A stretch of DNA of 64,000 bases from a virus, in the IMG/VR virus record IMGVR_UViG_3300022562_001644, positions 1 through 64,000 of that record; one strand, written 5' to 3'. How positions within the stretch are numbered: the stretch's first letter is position 1; each line of letters opens with the position of its first letter. Made by a program: the position numbers and the translations under genes. This document shows positions 28,196 through 35,603 of the stretch, in pieces. The notes under the pieces are model-generated. The model made no database searches. It was given only the letters and a program-made list of their open reading frames with translations, and had not been told where the DNA came from.

Positions 28196-28657
28196 ATGAC
28201 AACTCGTCGCCAACTGTTCGGGGCCAACCAAAAGTCATCGGGTGAAGACATCATTCCGGCGACCGTCAAGTTCCGCATTGACAAGAAAAAGGGCCGCATC
28301 AAACCACTCAGCTCTGAAGAGAAGATGCTTTGCGCATTGCGCAAGGTTCTCGCTTCAATGTCGGATGCCAATGATCATGGATGCCGGTACTACATTGATC
28401 GGCAAAAAGTCCAGCTCACAAAGCGTCCAGCAAGCTCGAGCGATGATGGGTCCAAAAGGTCCTATAGCGCTGCAGGTCGATGTCGGCTCGGGGTTTGTCA
28501 CCCAGAGGGTCATAAGAGCTCGATGTTCGTCGAGTTCAAGATCAGCTTCAAGGACATCGTCGACGAGCGTGGCTTGCCCGACGTCGCTTTCTTTGACCCG
28601 ACAACGATTGACGAGCTCCCTCGGAACAGCCCGCTGATTCCGACGGTGCTCCGATAG
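28196..28657 (+). CDS. hypothetical protein, probably leaderless
   Basis: TAGACT 7 nt upstream of ATG. Confidence 0.65.
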   Translation: MTTRRQLFGANQKSSGEDIIPATVKFRIDKKKGRIKPLSSEEKMLCALRKVLASMSDANDHGCRYYIDRQKVQLTKRPASSSDDGSKRSYSAAGRCRLGVCHPEGHKSSMFVEFKISFKDIVDERGLPDVAFFDPTTIDELPRNSPLIPTVLR

Positions 28658-28659
28658 GT

Positions 28660-28777
28660 TGAGCACATACTGGAGGCACTCTCATAGGCCGACAGGCCTG
28701 GATCTCCTTTGCCATAAGCATGGGCCGGACACCCATGCAAAGGGGCTTTCAGTACCGGCGACAGGGCCGGGTGCTCA
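28660..28777 (+). ncRNA. candidate multibranch structured RNA (~118 nt)
   Basis: Five nested or adjacent helices found by eye in an intergenic region, followed by a terminator. Confidence 0.5.
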
Positions 28778-28780
28778 TGT

Positions 28781-28818
28781 GAAACCTCCTCTGCCTGTCT
28801 CGAGGAGGTTTCTTTTTT
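28781..28818 (+). terminator. intrinsic terminator
   Basis: GAAACCTCCTC/GAGGAGGTTTC stem plus T6. Confidence 0.85.
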
Positions 28819-28819
28819 A

Positions 28820-28827
28820 GGCATAAG
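28820..28827 (+). promoter_or_regulatory. GGCATAAG putative promoter motif
   Basis: Between terminator and RBS of clamp gene. Confidence 0.6.
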
Positions 28828-28851
28828 ACATGTACACGCAAGGAGGTGTAC

Positions 28852-30243
28852 ATGTCCAAAAAAATTGCCCTTGTGAAGATGCCTGATAAGGCTCTCCAGA
28901 AGACAAGGCAAGAGAAATTCGCTCGCAGTGAGAAACCATTCATGATGGTTCGTGGCGAGACCATGTCTGAAGAAGACATGCATTTCGAGAGAGCCCTGGA
29001 GAGAAGAGGGCGGAGTCCGATTGATGTTCTGAAAGAGTCATCTCGGATACAGCCACCGCTTGGTAAGGGAGCGATGGTAAACCTTGAGACAGCGTTGAGC
29101 TTCCTGTCTGCGTTCGATGAAATCGTTCCGTCAGGCTCAATCAACCCAGCCCTGGCTAGCATCAAGGTTTGGTTCAACCCGGAGGAGGACTGCAAGCTTT
29201 TCATGGAGGGCGGAAGTCACTGTGTGTGGGCGATTGCAGCGATTGATGCTGATCCAAAGACAGAAAAAATCTTCACAACCCTGGTTCCGGTAAGGCGGGC
29301 GAGGAATGTGCTTAGGGCGACAAGTCAGGCACAGAGGAGTGTCATGGTTGCCGTAGACGAGGACGGCGTCTGCCTTGGTTCTCACTCCATTCCGTTCGGT
29401 GGGAAGATTGCAGATTTTCCCGTTCAGCCAGTAATGCTGGAGCCAATCGCCAGGGCGGTGATGCCGTCATTCTATTATCGCGATGTAGCATCTAGAGTTG
29501 TTCCAGCGAGGGGACTGAACAGGCTTGAGGGCCTTGGGTCCGACAAGATCCTCCTGGACTTCGAGTTCTGCGATGTAGACGGAGCCTCGTCCGTGGTCTG
29601 TGTCGCAGTGGCAATGGATGGAGACCGAATCCATATGTTCCAGATGCCCAGGATGGTGATTGACCCAGAGGCAACGAGAATGCCTCCTGCGGTTCACGTA
29701 GATGCGAGTTTCTTCCGGTATCTGACGATGGTGGCAAGCGGAGACTGGACAGCTGTCGAGCTCGGGGATGAACAGGTCATCGTGAAGGGGAAGGACTTTC
29801 TGGTCATTGCTAAGGCGGTCGCCGAGAAGAAGCACTCCCCTACGAGAATTGGTGAGTGGCGAAAGATAAACGTTTCCCATGAGGGAAGCTGGCTGGTCGA
29901 GTCCGAGGGTCTCAGGGCGATGCTCGGAATGATGCCGGGCAAGTCCATTCGCATGAAATTCGATTGCATGTACGACTCGATATCGGTCTCCGGCGTAGAT
30001 AACGAGGGAACTAGGTGCAAGCGATCGATGTCGGCACAGAGGCGTGGAGGAGCGTCCTATGTAGACGTTGAGGTGAATAAGAAATACATGCTCGAGGCGA
30101 TAGATGGGTGCTCTACCAATCTTGTCCGCCTGAGCTTTGACCACGACATGGAAGAACAGCCGTCCGCCCCAATCGTGGTGCGAGGCGAAGACGAACTATT
30201 CAAGGCAATCATCATGCCTATTTCAGGAGATACCGATGCATAG
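28852..30243 (+). CDS. divergent DNA polymerase III beta sliding-clamp-like protein
   Basis: VAMDGDRIH (cf. VATDGHRL); C-terminal VN.KYMLEAI...P......KAIIMPI; AAGGAGGT RBS. Confidence 0.65.
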   Translation: MSKKIALVKMPDKALQKTRQEKFARSEKPFMMVRGETMSEEDMHFERALERRGRSPIDVLKESSRIQPPLGKGAMVNLETALSFLSAFDEIVPSGSINPALASIKVWFNPEEDCKLFMEGGSHCVWAIAAIDADPKTEKIFTTLVPVRRARNVLRATSQAQRSVMVAVDEDGVCLGSHSIPFGGKIADFPVQPVMLEPIARAVMPSFYYRDVASRVVPARGLNRLEGLGSDKILLDFEFCDVDGASSVVCVAVAMDGDRIHMFQMPRMVIDPEATRMPPAVHVDASFFRYLTMVASGDWTAVELGDEQVIVKGKDFLVIAKAVAEKKHSPTRIGEWRKINVSHEGSWLVESEGLRAMLGMMPGKSIRMKFDCMYDSISVSGVDNEGTRCKRSMSAQRRGGASYVDVEVNKKYMLEAIDGCSTNLVRLSFDHDMEEQPSAPIVVRGEDELFKAIIMPISGDTDA

Positions 30244-30892
30244 ATGCGGACCAAACTGCGGCGTATTAAAACGCCTTCGAAAGATTGCCCTACTCAGGGC
30301 GAATCCGGTATCGGATGAAATCATTCCTGTTAAGTCATGGTGCCGCGTTTGCGGTGTTCCAGTATTGCTTGAGGTGATGAACAGTTACGACATGGCCGTC
30401 CGACACTTCTACGCCCTGGACGACACGCCGATGGTTCACAAGGCAATCCACGCTGAAACCTCTGGCTGGGGAGTTCATTGGCGACTGGACGATGTCTTGG
30501 CGACGGTATTTCCCCACCAGCATCCGATTGATGAGCTCTATTGGCCGATGCCGCCCTGGTGGATTGAGAACTACGGAGAGCCGCAATCCGAGGATCAGGG
30601 GATACTTATCCTCAGCCAATCGCAGATTGACAACTACGAGGAGGAGCACATGGACCTTGAGCTCCATCTGCTCTCTCGGTACCTCCGCGACAATCCCAGG
30701 GATGCAGCTCAGCTCGAGGGCGAGTACGGTGAGGTCTGGAGCGCGGAGGACGTTGGTGAGGACTTTGAGATACTGGGCTTCAAGAGCCCATTTGCCATAG
30801 CCAAATGCAGGAAGACGGGGCAGCGAGGGAGCCTGGTCTTTCAGAACAATCCAAGGTTCTACTTTGGCTGGGATCCAGAGAGGGTCATATGA
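30236..30892 (+). CDS. hypothetical protein
   Basis: AGGAG RBS; C-terminal GQRGSLVFQ..PRFYF. Confidence 0.7.
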   Translation: MHRCGPNCGVLKRLRKIALLRANPVSDEIIPVKSWCRVCGVPVLLEVMNSYDMAVRHFYALDDTPMVHKAIHAETSGWGVHWRLDDVLATVFPHQHPIDELYWPMPPWWIENYGEPQSEDQGILILSQSQIDNYEEEHMDLELHLLSRYLRDNPRDAAQLEGEYGEVWSAEDVGEDFEILGFKSPFAIAKCRKTGQRGSLVFQNNPRFYFGWDPERVI

Positions 30893-31083
30893 ACTCCTGT
30901 GTGTTTTGCAAGAAGCCAATTGAGCCAGGAACGCCCGCCACGTCCGTTGTTGGTGGCCAATTCCCCAGGGAAGACCCCGATTTCTTCATGGTGGATGAGA
31001 CGGTTCTGGCCGAGAGCTACTCGCATCTTCCCTGCCTGATAGGAGCTGTTTCAAGAGGAGGGGAATCCGGGAACAGATCGTGA
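30889..31083 (+). CDS. small zinc-finger protein
   Basis: CVFC...HLPC. Confidence 0.65.
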   Translation: MNSCVFCKKPIEPGTPATSVVGGQFPREDPDFFMVDETVLAESYSHLPCLIGAVSRGGESGNRS

Positions 31084-31116
31084 TAGAGTCTTTGAACAAA
31101 GGACATTGCAGTCGCC

Positions 31117-31572
31117 GTGCGGGTCAAGAAGGAACTCAACACACACCACGTCAGTCGCATCAAGGGGGAGACGAGCCGAGAGCTCGCCGACCGATGTCCA
31201 GATCGACTGGTTGTGTTTCCTTCTTCTCCGTGCACCAACGTCGGTTGCAAATACGCGATCAAAGAACCCGGCTATATGAATTGTACGTTTGTCGCGGCAG
31301 AGGCTGGAGAGCATACGCTCGAGGCCATCGGCGACATGATGGGCATCACCAGAGAAGGTGTCCGCCTTATCGAGAGGCGCGCTCTCATAAAGATCCGGGC
31401 TCAGCTATCGCAGGATAAGCTCGATGAAACGGACCGGACCACCCAGCGTCAACCATGTTTTGCTTCAGGGGGAGATAACGTCTACCCCATCAGTGAAGTC
31501 AATAAGCTCTCGCACCCAGGTGACATCATTCCAGCTCTCAATGACAGAGAGCTGGGTGAATGCGGAGGGTGA
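31117..31572 (+). CDS. Cys-rich sigma70 region-4 HTH protein (no region 2)
   Basis: TLEAIGDMMGITREGVRLIERRALIKIR; upstream PCxxxxC...C. Confidence 0.75.
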   Translation: MRVKKELNTHHVSRIKGETSRELADRCPDRLVVFPSSPCTNVGCKYAIKEPGYMNCTFVAAEAGEHTLEAIGDMMGITREGVRLIERRALIKIRAQLSQDKLDETDRTTQRQPCFASGGDNVYPISEVNKLSHPGDIIPALNDRELGECGG

Positions 31573-31834
31573 ATACCGAGAACGCAAAAACCGAGTCATC
31601 GTAGAGGTGGTCGGGAAAGACTCTGCTCGAGTGGCAGAGCAGGCGAAGCTTGGTTCATGGGTTACCCTGGAAGGTTACTTCCGCTCTGAGCTCTTCAAGG
31701 GCCAGGAGTTGACGAAAGTGCGTACTCTCTCTGTTGATATTTGGGAGAGAGATAGTGACAAAGAGAGAGAAGCTTCAGGCTCGGTATCAGAAAGAGCTCG
31801 ACAGAATGGAAAGAGAGCGCTTGCCCGGCGCTAA
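31424..31834 (+). CDS. ssb: single-stranded DNA-binding protein
   Basis: SVNHVLLQG, F.L...ESW...GE, GK..A.....AKLGS.V..EG. Confidence 0.8.
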   Translation: MKRTGPPSVNHVLLQGEITSTPSVKSISSRTQVTSFQLSMTESWVNAEGEYRERKNRVIVEVVGKDSARVAEQAKLGSWVTLEGYFRSELFKGQELTKVRTLSVDIWERDSDKEREASGSVSERARQNGKRALARR

Positions 31835-32339
31835 GGAGGAACTCGAGCGAGGCGCGGGAGAAAAAGGAAAATGGATGCGCTCCCAGAAAGAGAAGATCGA
31901 GCGCGCCATAAGGGATGAGGATGAGATCTTGTTTGAGCGAGCTCTCGGGGGCTGGCTGAAGGGCTGGGGGACGGTCAATACTGAGATCGCCGAGAATTAT
32001 CGCAAGACCGTAGAGCCCGAGATGTGGGAGCTCCGTTACGTTCGATGGATGAACATCAGGTTCATGAAGCTCGAGTGCGACATGGGAACTTTTTACATCG
32101 TCCCCAGGACTCCGAATCGCAGGCCAAAGACTGACCACTGGTTCACCGTAGACGAGATGCTAGACATTCTCGCTGCTCCCGGTGTAGTGGCGTCATCCAA
32201 GGCGTTCGGTGCACTGCCCAGTCGCCCGGACTCTACATCCAGGCCTGGGTCTGACGAGCGCCACCTTGTGGTCAACTTTGCCGACAGTAACAAGCCTGCC
32301 GTTTACTACGACTATAGGGGGAGGCCTAGCGATGGCTGA
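31755..32339 (+). CDS. hypothetical protein
   Basis: GGGAG RBS, GTG start. Confidence 0.7.
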   Translation: MTKREKLQARYQKELDRMERERLPGAKEELERGAGEKGKWMRSQKEKIERAIRDEDEILFERALGGWLKGWGTVNTEIAENYRKTVEPEMWELRYVRWMNIRFMKLECDMGTFYIVPRTPNRRPKTDHWFTVDEMLDILAAPGVVASSKAFGALPSRPDSTSRPGSDERHLVVNFADSNKPAVYYDYRGRPSDG

Positions 32340-32829
32340 AAAGGGTTTTGTCGATGCACTCATCAAGACAGTGAAAGATTTCGAGAATGCTGTAGCGGTT
32401 CGCCCATCCGACAACTACACGATGGGAATACCGGATGTGCTTGGCTGGATTCCGGTGAACTCTCCCAGTCCCGTGGTCTGGGCCGTGGCCATAGAGGCCA
32501 AGGAGGTTAACCCTCTGATGGAAGACCCGTTCCACAAGGGGCGCCGAACGGGTCGGATGCTGAAGCACGAGTTCACAGGCCCCCAGGTATCGATGTTGCG
32601 GAAGATGAAGCAGGCTGGGGTCGACGCCTTCGGTCTTGTCAGAGCCTCCAGTGATACTGCCTTCCGAATCGAGCCGGAAGATATCCCCACCAAGACAGGA
32701 AATTTCACGCACGAAGAGCTCGTGAAATTCGGCACCGTGGTCCGGCGAGAAAAAGGCATCTGGAAATTCTGGGAGACAGACAATGATCAAGTACCTGGTT
32801 CAAGACATCGAGACGATCCCCGAGAGTGA
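32332..32829 (+). CDS. PD-(D/E)XK nuclease, Holliday-junction resolvase-like
   Basis: E..F, GIPDVLG, IEAK, Q...L. Confidence 0.7.
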   Translation: MAEKGFVDALIKTVKDFENAVAVRPSDNYTMGIPDVLGWIPVNSPSPVVWAVAIEAKEVNPLMEDPFHKGRRTGRMLKHEFTGPQVSMLRKMKQAGVDAFGLVRASSDTAFRIEPEDIPTKTGNFTHEELVKFGTVVRREKGIWKFWETDNDQVPGSRHRDDPRE

Positions 32830-33577
32830 GATCGTAGACATGTGGACGCCCACCGATGCGGACAAGGAGCGCTACCCCGACAGGGCACCCTTCCCGCCAA
32901 TCTGGTGTCACAAGGTCATCTGTATCGGAATGCTCGCCTTGGACAAAGATTTCAAGGCCACGAAGGGTGGTTGTGCCGCCGGCGGACTGAGCGGTGGCAA
33001 ATCCGAGAAGGAGATGATCGAGCGCTGGAGCTACGCGGCATCAGGCAAGATGTGGGAGCAACCGCGAGCTCTTCGCATGGTGGATTACAACGGCCGGGGT
33101 TTCGATGTCCCCGTGCTTCAGACTCGAGCTTTCCGGTATGGAATTCAACTGCCCTGGTACTTCGGAAGGCTGCCGGACAACAAGGGAACTATCTCGACGT
33201 GGTCCAAGGAATACCGAGACCGCTACGGCGGGCATCATCTTGACATCCAGGAGCTCTGGACCAACAAGGGCTCATTCCGTTATCCGCACCTGGCCAACCT
33301 GGCATGCCTTATGGGCCTGCCTGGAAAGGTCGGGATCGACGGCAGCAAGGTTCACGAGGCCTACCTGAAGGGGCAGCGCGAGGAAATCGACATCTACTGC
33401 ATGCAGGACGTCTATCAGACGGCTTTCATCTTCCAGCGGTTCCAGTACATGTCGGGGCGACTGGCTCTCGAGGGTTACCGCGAGGCGGCCACAAGTGTCC
33501 TTGATATCATCGCAAAAGAGGAGGTCCACTCTGATTTCCTTGGGCAAATCGACAAGGCTGCCGTTCTGCTCGAGTAG
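32783..33577 (+). CDS. stand-alone 3'-5' exonuclease (PolB-related DEDDy)
   Basis: DIET, YNGRGFDVPVL, HLD, GLPGK..DG..V, YCMQDV. Confidence 0.88.
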   Translation: MIKYLVQDIETIPESEIVDMWTPTDADKERYPDRAPFPPIWCHKVICIGMLALDKDFKATKGGCAAGGLSGGKSEKEMIERWSYAASGKMWEQPRALRMVDYNGRGFDVPVLQTRAFRYGIQLPWYFGRLPDNKGTISTWSKEYRDRYGGHHLDIQELWTNKGSFRYPHLANLACLMGLPGKVGIDGSKVHEAYLKGQREEIDIYCMQDVYQTAFIFQRFQYMSGRLALEGYREAATSVLDIIAKEEVHSDFLGQIDKAAVLLE

Positions 33578-33591
33578 TGTAGAATCGGGCC

Positions 33592-33945
33592 ATGCCCACG
33601 CTGAAGATTGACGGAACGCTGTCCTTCCCCATTGGGTCCGAGTCGAATCTTTCGAGTCGCACGTTTTCCGCACAACTCTTCTACGATGAGCGAAGCTTGG
33701 ATGACGTGTCGATTCCTGGTGCTGTAGTTGACCAGGATCTCATGAGTCTTATCGCGGATGCGAAGGCCTGTTACATCGAGGTCGTGTCGGGCGAGGGAGA
33801 GCTAAAAATCAATGGCTCAGCTCCAACCTTGCCGATCTCGGTGGATGGTGGTTTCTGGGTCTGGTTCAATCCCAACGGAGGATTGACCGCCCTCTCCATC
33901 ACCACGGCCGCAGCCGCAAAGCTGCGCGTCTACATGTTCACTTGA
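33592..33945 (+). CDS. beta-rich hypothetical protein (possibly virion), leaderless
   Basis: TAGAAT 6 nt upstream of ATG. Confidence 0.7.
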   Translation: MPTLKIDGTLSFPIGSESNLSSRTFSAQLFYDERSLDDVSIPGAVVDQDLMSLIADAKACYIEVVSGEGELKINGSAPTLPISVDGGFWVWFNPNGGLTALSITTAAAAKLRVYMFT

Positions 33946-33966
33946 TCAAAACGTCTTTTTTTAGCA

Positions 33967-33995
33967 TTGACGCTTTGATGTCCCTTTCGTAGGTT
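33967..33995 (+). promoter_or_regulatory. sigma70-type promoter TTGACG-N17-TAGGTT
   Basis: 17-bp spacing, 6 nt before ATG 34002. Confidence 0.7.
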
Positions 33996-34001
33996 TGGGC
34001 C

Positions 34002-34514
34002 ATGCCATCACGCTTATTTGACGCTCGAGTAAAGCTAATGAGCCAGGAGGAGGCTCGAGCGTCCCGCGAGGAAGCGAAGAAGAGAGCCCAGGAGGCGGAT
34101 GACGCCATCAAGGAGCTTGAGGAGACGGACGCCGCCAGCGTCAAGCTTAGAGAGACCCTGGCCGCGGCACAGGCTGTGGCGCCGATCGTCTACAAGGAGT
34201 ACCGCCGGCCTGGCTCGAAGTGGATGATCGAGCACTCCCAGGTAGGCCAAGACTACATCTTCCAGGTCCACACCCTGAAGCCGCCGAAAATCGAGGTCCA
34301 GGGAGTACTTGGGCTGATGATCAGCGCAATGGACGTGATCTTCCCAAGATCGTTGGATATTCGCTATGTTCCGCCGAGCCCGCGGTACAAGCTTCAATTT
34401 TACACAATCAGGGTAGAGAAGGTGGTGGGACTGCCTGGATGGTCAACGGCCATCGAGCGGGCACTGGCCTCCCTGTCAGTCATGGACGCCTGGCCTCGCC
34501 AGGAGCGCGGCTAG
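34002..34514 (+). CDS. hypothetical protein
   Basis: 170 aa; last gene of + arm. Confidence 0.75.
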   Translation: MPSRLFDARVKLMSQEEARASREEAKKRAQEADDAIKELEETDAASVKLRETLAAAQAVAPIVYKEYRRPGSKWMIEHSQVGQDYIFQVHTLKPPKIEVQGVLGLMISAMDVIFPRSLDIRYVPPSPRYKLQFYTIRVEKVVGLPGWSTAIERALASLSVMDAWPRQERG

Positions 34515-34807
34515 CCCCGTCCACGTCGCGACATGCGACCGATGGTCTTGAGCCCCAGGGCGGCCAGGAGACCGCCGAGAGCGCCCTTCTTGAGAGCTCC
34601 CACGGCAGTCTCCTGGGGTCCGTCGTATGGGTTGGGGGAGAAGCCGGCCTTGACGCTGTCGATGGCATGGCCCCCGAGTCCTGCCAAAGCGCCGCCGACC
34701 CCGAGTCGTTCATACAGGCGGTCCGGCCCAATCCGGATTTTCGCCTGCTTAGCGAAGCCCCCCGGCCTGAGCCGGAGGAGTTCGTCGGTGAACGACTGTA
34801 GGTTCAT
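34511..34807 (-). CDS. small glycine-zipper protein with FxDEL leader
   Basis: MNLQSFTDELLRL...FAKQA; GVGGALAGLGG and GALGGLLAALG. Confidence 0.75.
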   Translation of the reverse strand: MNLQSFTDELLRLRPGGFAKQAKIRIGPDRLYERLGVGGALAGLGGHAIDSVKAGFSPNPYDGPQETAVGALKKGALGGLLAALGLKTIGRMSRRGRG

Positions 34808-34813
34808 TGAGGT

Positions 34814-35584
34814 CTACTGGTTGGCGAACAGCGGCTGGCCAGCGCCGGTGAGCTGCATACGGATCGGGCGAACCTGATCGAACTGAAGACTCACGCCCTC
34901 CATGAGGAGGACAGAGCCAGAGCTGATGGACAGCTGGTGGCCCTGGATGTAGCACTCCTCGAGATAGACGGCACCGAGAGTCATGTCGAGCTGGTTGCGG
35001 AAGTAGATGCAGATACCAGTGGGCTGATTGAAGATATCCGACGCCAGGTTCATCCAGAGATCGTCATAGCCTGGATTGAACCGAACCCTGTGGAGCTCTT
35101 GCTGAAGCTGAGGAAGATTCAGCAGAGTCTTGTTGGGGTTGGGAATATCGACGCCGCCGACATTGACCGTGTCATCGCTTTCGTTCAGGAAGTTGAACTT
35201 GTCGGAAGCGGTCTGTTTGTAGTGGGCGTACAACACCTTCAGAAGGGATGGACCGTGGTAGAGGACTCGACCCAGGGTGATCGAACCAATGGTTCGGCCG
35301 GGGATGAAGTACGAGCGGCTGGAGCCAATCTCGAAGATTCGCTGAAGCTGCTTCGACTGGCTCAGGCCTACGTTCTCTAGAACTCCGATGGGGAATACCT
35401 GGTCCCCTTCGTCGTCGGTCAGGGCGTCATCGCCATTGCCGATGTCACTAAGCCGAGGAGGCCCGGCGGCGATGAGCGTTGTCTCTGCCGAGACAAATTC
35501 ACCGCCGAGGAGCTCCTCTTGGACGTGGTGGTTGTGGAAGTCCCAGTTGTTGAAGGACGTGGTTGCTGCTGGACGAAGAGGCAT
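34814..35584 (-). CDS. putative tail tube protein
   Basis: Downstream of sheath; QRIFEIGS, YLEECYI, EGVSLQF tube-like pattern. Confidence 0.7.
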   Translation of the reverse strand: MPLRPAATTSFNNWDFHNHHVQEELLGGEFVSAETTLIAAGPPRLSDIGNGDDALTDDEGDQVFPIGVLENVGLSQSKQLQRIFEIGSSRSYFIPGRTIGSITLGRVLYHGPSLLKVLYAHYKQTASDKFNFLNESDDTVNVGGVDIPNPNKTLLNLPQLQQELHRVRFNPGYDDLWMNLASDIFNQPTGICIYFRNQLDMTLGAVYLEECYIQGHQLSISSGSVLLMEGVSLQFDQVRPIRMQLTGAGQPLFANQ

Positions 35585-35603
35585 TGTTTCTCCTTACCTG
35601 GGA

